Assembly (NCBI GenBank): GCA_951406725.2
Contig: OX597832.1
Coordinates: 63,922,001 to 63,986,000 of the forward strand
Source of the DNA: Octopus vulgaris
Lineage: Eukaryota
DNA: 64,000 nt
Direction of reading: 5' to 3'
Position 1 is the stretch's first letter. Each line of letters opens with the position of its first letter. Positions 57,481-64,000 of this stretch are shown one piece after another. The notes beneath the pieces are model-generated. The model was not told the DNA's origin. It was given only the letters and a program-made list of their open reading frames with translations, and did not search any database. A program made the position numbers and the translations under genes.

Positions 57481-57484
<4 letters not shown>

Positions 57485-57490
57485 CAGGAG

Positions 57491-57702
57491 AGTACGATTC
57501 GACTGCTGTTTAATGATTACTACACATGTTTCGATACAGCATAGATCCACATATATACAGGGATTAAATTTAAATTAAGTTGGATGTGATAGCATCGAAA
57601 TTAAACATTTACTTACGGAGAGAGCGATTATGTATCATCTGAGAAGATACAACTAGGTCCTATTATAATGTAAACTGTTACTTAATTTCAATTTAAATCC
57701 TG

Positions 57703-57757
<55 letters not shown>

Positions 57758-57811
57758 TTATGTTGTATCGAAACATGTGTAGTGGTCATTAAACAGCAGC
57801 CGAATCGTACT
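57491..57811. repeat. Inverted repeat (57491-57580 vs 57680-57811) overlapping a degenerate plus-strand hammerhead (57634-57786)
   Basis: agtacgattcgactgctgtttaatga...aattaagt pairs with acttaatt...tcattaaacagcagccgaatcgtact. The fold is ATCAT-CTGAGAA-GATACAAC...GTTGTATC-GAAA-CATGTG-TA-GTGGT. Confidence 0.75.
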
Positions 57812-58421
57812 TCCTCTTCTTTTTGACTCTATTTATTCTTTCCTTTCAGGATAACTGAACTCGACGAGCTGGGTTTTTGTAAGAAGCCCACGAAAGTAAG
57901 TCACATCGGGGCGAATCAAACTCTTTTAGATAATAAAATTAATATATGTAATCCCTGTATCTTTTATGTATATATGAAACACACACACATACATATATAT
58001 AAAAGACACTCAGACACACACATTTGCATTCGATGACCTCCATACGCCCGTAACCAGACAAACATATACAAACATTTATATATACACATGTACAACGAGA
58101 TTATATATATATATAAAAAAAAAAGACTAAGGAGTAGAAAACAGAGATTGGAATTAGAGGAAGAAGGAGATTTACAAACGCACACACAGAGACACACACA
58201 CATACACACACACACACACAGAGAAAATCCCATCACTGCCTGAACAAATAAACATACAAATAAATCAACAAGCAATTCGGTAACTCAACAACAAAACGAT
58301 GGAATAATGAAACGATAGGAAATGAAATGAAAGAAATAAGATGAATGAATAAATTTATAAAATAAACAAAAAATATGGTGAAATATGTAAAAAAAAAAAT
58401 TACAAGTGAAGACCAGCTTAC

Positions 58422-58749
58422 GTTTGTAGAATGTATGGGCGTGTCCCTGTCTAAACTGGATCCACCATTGTCGCTGTACAAACTCTCCATGCTTGAACCG
58501 CCTTTGAATCTTTTGTAACCGTCTTTGGGCTGAACGTCATAGACACTACTGTCGACGAACGGACTTTCCTGGACACTGTTGCTACCGCAGCCGTTACTAC
58601 CAGAGACTGTATCGAGTTCATCAGCCAATGTCATGTTTGTGTTCGCTTGAGAATGACTGATCTTCTGCTGTTTGAAACCTTTACCTCTTGGGTCACCTTT
58701 GGCCAAGTCGGATTTCGTTTTGTCCAAATTGTCTGTACTGTATAGATTT
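58422..58749 (-). CDS. Internal coding exon (328 nt, phase 2 in, phase 0 out) of an unidentified protein; Ser/Asp-rich and probably disordered
   Basis: Acceptor actttacag|A at 58750/58749 and donor AAC|GTAAGC at 58422/58421. Open for 109 codons: NLYSTDNLDKTKSDLAKGDPRGKGFKQQKISHSQANTNMTLADELDTV...KRFKGGSSMESLYSDNGGSSLDRDTPIHSTN. It is a GC-elevated unique island. Confidence 0.75.
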
Positions 58750-58985
58750 CTGTAAAGTTTGAGTAGTACCAGGAGCCAAAGGTGGGCGTGGCAACGGGGG
58801 TGGGAAATATAATGGAGAAAGAGAGAGAAAGAAGGAGGGAGGGAGAGAGAAAAAAGAGAAATGAGAGCGGTAGGTATGTGTGATGCTGGATATAAATATG
58901 AACGTATTTAGCTTATTTACGTATATATGCATTTATATATATATATGTTTATATATCTATAGATATGTGTATACATATGTATGTA

Positions 58986-59066
<81 letters not shown>

Positions 59067-59269
59067 ATATGCATAGTCACATCTGTTGATTATATATGAT
59101 TGCATTACAATTAACCTTTGGTTCGGATTGTATGTAACTTCAAGCGTATCCAACTTCGAATCAAAAATTAAACCTAATTTGTCCTTATATTTTTGGTTGG
59201 TATTATATACATTTAAATAGATTACAGCTTGTACGTCCCAGAGAAGACTAAACTGAAGATTCGGTTCCA

Positions 59270-59550
59270 TTTATAAAAAATTTAACATCATAAATTGCAT
59301 AATTATTACATGTGTTTCACTGGTATATACAGGTATGCTATACGGTAATCGTTACATAGACAGTAGCATTATGACCCAATAACATCAGATCATCAGAAGA
59401 AAGAAATAATCTACTTCGTTGCTGACAATCTGGTATTATAGGTTGATTATACGATCGTCTATGTAACGATTACTGCATAGCATACTAGTATACACTAGTG
59501 AAACACAATTGAATATTATGTAACTTATGATATTTGTATACAAGAATTGT
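59270..59550. repeat. Imperfect long inverted repeat (core 59312-59361 vs 59457-59506)
   Basis: gtgtttcactggtatatacaggtatgctatacggtaatcgttacatagac pairs with gtctatgtaacgattactgcatagcatactagtatacactagtgaaacac. Confidence 0.8.
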
Positions 59551-59738
59551 AACCAAATTTCTACTTTTATTCTGCTCTTCTGCGTGTATATGACCCAGTG
59601 TTTTGGTACTCTGGATTTTCTCCGCCCTCCTATGTCTCCTCAGATAGGTACAGGCTCACTCAGATCTGGATAAGTCTCAATAAGCTATCACATTCTTTTT
59701 TAGTATTTCTTACTTTTTCTCTCGTTTCAGTATATATT

Positions 59739-59810
<72 letters not shown>

Positions 59811-60312
59811 TACGTGACAGAAGCAGTTAAATACTGAATTTCAATCCTTATAATCTACTTAACTTGGATATACATGTTAGAACGCCGTATTACTGCAATA
59901 TTCGCATCTCTTGTAAAAGTACAGTGCTTTTACCCAAATTAAGTAGGCTATAAGTATTGCCATAAATGTAAGTATTTAGGTAGGGTTTAGTGAAGGCGAG
60001 GAAACCGTAAGTTCGAAGTCACTATCAATCTTTACTTGCAAAAATTAATAAATGTGTACTTCAATAAAAAAAAAGTATTGAGTAATCCTTCAGTTTAATG
60101 TAAAATTGATTTAAAAGCGAATTGACATAAAAACAAACTCTCTCTCTCTGTCTGTCTGTCTCTCTGTCTGTCTGTCTCTCTGTCTGTCTGTCTCTCTCTC
60201 TCTATATATATGTATTGTCACAAGCTCGACAGGAATCTGAAGAGGGCGGAGAGAATGGGCGAAGCGTTGTGGCTATAACAATCAACATGAGTACACTGGG
60301 TCGAATAAACAA

Positions 60313-60450
<138 letters not shown>

Positions 60451-60663
60451 GTGTGTGTGTGTGATATGTGTGTGTATTTTATATATAATATATTTCATAT
60501 ATTGCATTTCTGGTATAAATCATTAATGCAGTGGTATCGAAGGATGGCCCATTTGCTTACAACCAAGCAAAGGAATCGAAACCAAGTTAACCTAACCAAT
60601 CTACATGTGGTTTCTACTCGAAACGCATTCTTCATATACATATACTATGCATGCATATGTGTG

Positions 60664-60730
<67 letters not shown>

Positions 60731-61461
60731 CGCACGTTAATCGTAGATTAAAAATGCTGCCAAAGCTTTTCTGCGAGAGGTTCGACAATTATTAGAGCGA
60801 GAGGTATCCAATATAGAAGCCAATTATCAGTATTTTTAATAGGGGCGTCGAAATAATTGCAGAGCTTCCTGCTTCAAGCCATTGGTAGCATTCTTGACCC
60901 ATAAGGAAAAAAAAATATTTCTGCATCAATAGCGGTGTTGAACCCCTATTCTCACACTTCAATGCCCTTATATATATATATATATCAGGCAGAAGAATTC
61001 CTGAGCGTCAACGGCCATCCAACAAATATGTGTAAATATGTAGATATTATTTAAAAAAATATATTCTTATATGTATCTATGTGTTTCTTTACTTATATAT
61101 ATTATTTATATTTTTAAATTACATATCTTTTTCTTTTTTATATATATATTATTTATATTTTTAAATCACATTTCTTACATTTTTTTATGAGTATGTATAT
61201 ATATATATGAAGATTTCTTTAAAAATATATGTCTATATATACATATATGCATACATACATATCACAAATAAGGCTCATATTACATATATACATGACATTA
61301 TACATATACAATGTGAAATGATACATAGAGAAAAGATTAAAGGATTACAAAGATGAGAGAAGAAGCAAGTGAGATTTTGTGACATTCATCGAATTTAGTT
61401 ATCTAAAACTATCGAACTGGTGTCGGTTACGATTTGAAACTATTTTCCTTACGTCCTTCGG

Positions 61462-61503
<42 letters not shown>

Positions 61504-61739
61504 CTCTTTAGAAGCTGATGGTTCCCTCCCTTAGCTATATATATATATATAGATATATAAATTATTGGGAAAATTTTTGTTTTCCTTCCATACTGTATTT
61601 TTAGACACCGCACCTCTATTAGAAAGGTTATCTTCGGACGAATACCACAGTAAATTTGCCTTTCAATGTTGTATTTACTTTGAGTATGACACATATAAGG
61701 CTGTATTACTTGAATCTTGCTTCTACTGCATATAACAGT

Positions 61740-61779
<40 letters not shown>

Positions 61780-61781
<2 letters not shown>

Positions 61782-61950
61782 TGAAATTGGTAGAAAGAAA
61801 CGCTTCTGGCAAAGCAGAAAGTTTTTGAAAAATCCCTTTAATACACATCTCTATGTGTTCTTCTGAAGATAGGCTTTTGCGTCCGGAATATAAAGGGTTT
61901 TTAAAAACTTTCTGCATTTTTAGAAGTTTTCCCTAATTTCTCATTTCACT
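61780..61950. repeat. Imperfect hairpin next to (TA)n with a degenerate hammerhead motif in its centre
   Basis: gcagaaagtttttgaaaaatcccttta pairs with taaagggtttttaaaaactttctgc. The centre reads CTGAAGA-TAGGC-TTTTGC-GTCC-GGAA-TATA. Confidence 0.6.
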
Positions 61951-62621
61951 ATTATTTTACTTCTTCTTATGGGAAGGATTCTGACCACCCTTCAAGTAAC
62001 TAAAAGTGAACTGACACATTGCTACATAATAAAGAACTATGAGCAATTGAGGATAAGCGGTTCACTGAGAGCCGTTGTCAGAGAGCGTTTAATCTTGTAT
62101 AAACTTAGTGCGTCTTGTGAATAATTTCTTTCCCTCTGCTTCGTGAAATTATATATCCATCAAGATATATAAGTGGTAACGAGTTTATATCTTGGAGTTG
62201 GATATATAACTTCTGTACTACAATGCTCTTCTGATATATACATGTCGGGGTAACTCACCCCAACCCAGGCTTATGACAGAAGGCACTTTCAAGTAGCTGC
62301 GTGGCCTATTAGAAATAGCAACCATATTCCCTCAAATCACATGTTGCCAATTTACAAGGGAAGGACACATTGGGTAATATAGAACTAAGTATACAAATAG
62401 AAGAGGTGGTTACGGCTGGGATCTGGGCTGACTTGTGGCTCAATTGGAGCTGATCTGGGGTTATACAAAAACCCCACCATGACAAACAAATGAGACTTCA
62501 TTTATTTGGCTCAGTGAGAAAGAAGGCCTCAATTTGAACTCGAATCGTACAGGCTCAAACTAAATACTACATTTATATTATTCAGTCCTCTGCTTTATTG
62601 TTTCTGATACTCACCCTCCAT

Positions 62622-63864
62622 TTCAGGCACAAGGCCTGAAATTTTTGGTGAGGGGTCTACTCGATTACATCCACCCTATTGTTCAACTGGTAGTTATTTT
62701 ATTATTATTATTATTCAGGTCACTGCCTGGAATCGAACACGGAATCTTGGGGTTAGAAGGCCGCGCTCTTAACCACTACGCCGTATGTAAATAATACATA
62801 ATTCATGATCTCTCAAATATAAAACTATAATAATACTAGTTAATAACATAGGCATTAGGCCAACAATTTTGAGGGGAAGGGCAATAAGTCGCTAAATCGA
62901 TGCCAGCGCATGACTGGTACTTTACATCCCGGTAGGATGAAAAGCAAAGTTAACCTTGACAGATTTTGAGTTCAGAATGTAAAGAGTTGGAAGAAATATT
63001 GCGAGACGAATTGTCCGATGCTCTACCGATTCTAACTTGCCCTCTCTACCCGGTTCTTTCAACAATACCAACTAAAATAAACATGATTTAGCAATGTAAA
63101 AATAAACATGAACAACAAAAAAACCCAAACAAAAATCATATAAAAATAAAATGAAACAAAAATAAATACACAATAATAGAATAAAAATAAACAAATGTAA
63201 CAGATTATATAAACAAAAAGTAAAAAAAAAGACAACAATATATATTATTCTATTAAATGTATAACAATAAACAACAAAAACACAAAACAATACAACAAAA
63301 ATACAGTAATAACAGTGAAAACAGCAACAACAACAACGACAACAAATGCAACGAAAATGGCAATAATAATAATGATAATGATATTTCGAATTCATCTAAA
63401 GGCCAGGAATTTCAGGATTAGAGGGTAAGTTGATTATATTGGCATAAGTATTTGACTGGTTCTTTATTTTATCGACCCGGAAAGGATGAAAGGTAAAGTT
63501 GACCTCAGCGGAATTTGAAACCAGGACATAAAAAGCCGAAAGAAATGCTGCAGAGCAATTTGTTCGACGCGCTAATGATGCTGCTGGCATGCCATAATAA
63601 CAATAATGTTTTTTAAATTTTCACACAAGGTCAGCAATTACGGGGTGGGAGTAAGGATGGGAGGTAAGTCGATTATATCGGCTCCAGTGTATCACTGGTA
63701 TTTATTTTATCACCCCCTCCCCGAAAGGATTAAAGGCAAACTCGACTTCGGCGGAATTTGAACTCAGACCATAAAGGCAGACAACATGCCGTTACGCATT
63801 TTGTCCGGCGTGCTAACGATTCTGCCAGCTCGCTGCCTTCGTCGTAATAATGATGATGATGATG

Positions 63865-63920
<56 letters not shown>

Positions 63921-64000
63921 TTTTAAATTTTGGCATCAAACAAGGAATTTTGAGGGAGAAGGTTAATCGATGCCATCGATCCCAGCATTTAACTGATACT
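62622..64000 (-). mobile_element. Cluster of about 5 SINE family A copies
   Basis: Copies at about 62622, 62850, 63398, 63610 and 63922, in the same orientation with AAT linkers. Confidence 0.85.
62713..62787 (-). mobile_element. Very short tRNA-like SINE (family D) with a (TAA)n tail, abutting a truncated family A copy
   Basis: Minus strand: GGCGTAGTGGTTAAGAGCGCGGCCTTCTAACCCCAAGATTCCGTGTTCGATTCCAGGCAGTGACCTG(AAT)n. A and B boxes are present but there is no acceptor stem. Confidence 0.7.

Noticed and set aside
58470-58510. GGSSMESLYS resemblance to the SASH1/SAMSN1 linker
   Set aside because: A short low-complexity match with no SH3 or SAM exon found downstream, so no gene symbol was given.

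Overview
This is AT-rich, microsatellite-saturated animal DNA, mostly intronic. The (TA)n/(AAT)n/(CA)n load and the SINE families point to an octopod cephalopod, which is an inference from repeat families and not proven. Almost all ORFs in the supplied track are microsatellite artefacts. Real content: (1) one convincing minus-strand coding exon (58422-58749) and three weaker minus-strand exon candidates of an unidentified gene; (2) about 30 copies of one tRNA-derived SINE, nearly all on the minus strand and embedded in (AAT)n, plus three other SINE types; (3) decayed retroelements (a CR1/L2-group LINE 3' end, two R4/Dong-like fragments, an RTE 3' end, a Penelope-like RT plus GIY-YIG) and a mariner end; (4) most interesting, a swarm of sequence-unrelated type I hammerhead ribozyme folds with palindromic stem III, of the Penelope pLTR/retrozyme type. 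These include an intact one (23641-23736), one inside a 353-bp unit with a perfect 80-bp terminal redundancy, and two with swapped 3-8 core pairs (G3-C8 and U3-A8). A SINE and a LINE about 3 kb apart share a 3' tail with a covarying hairpin. All alignments, folds and counts were done by eye; nothing was computed or searched.
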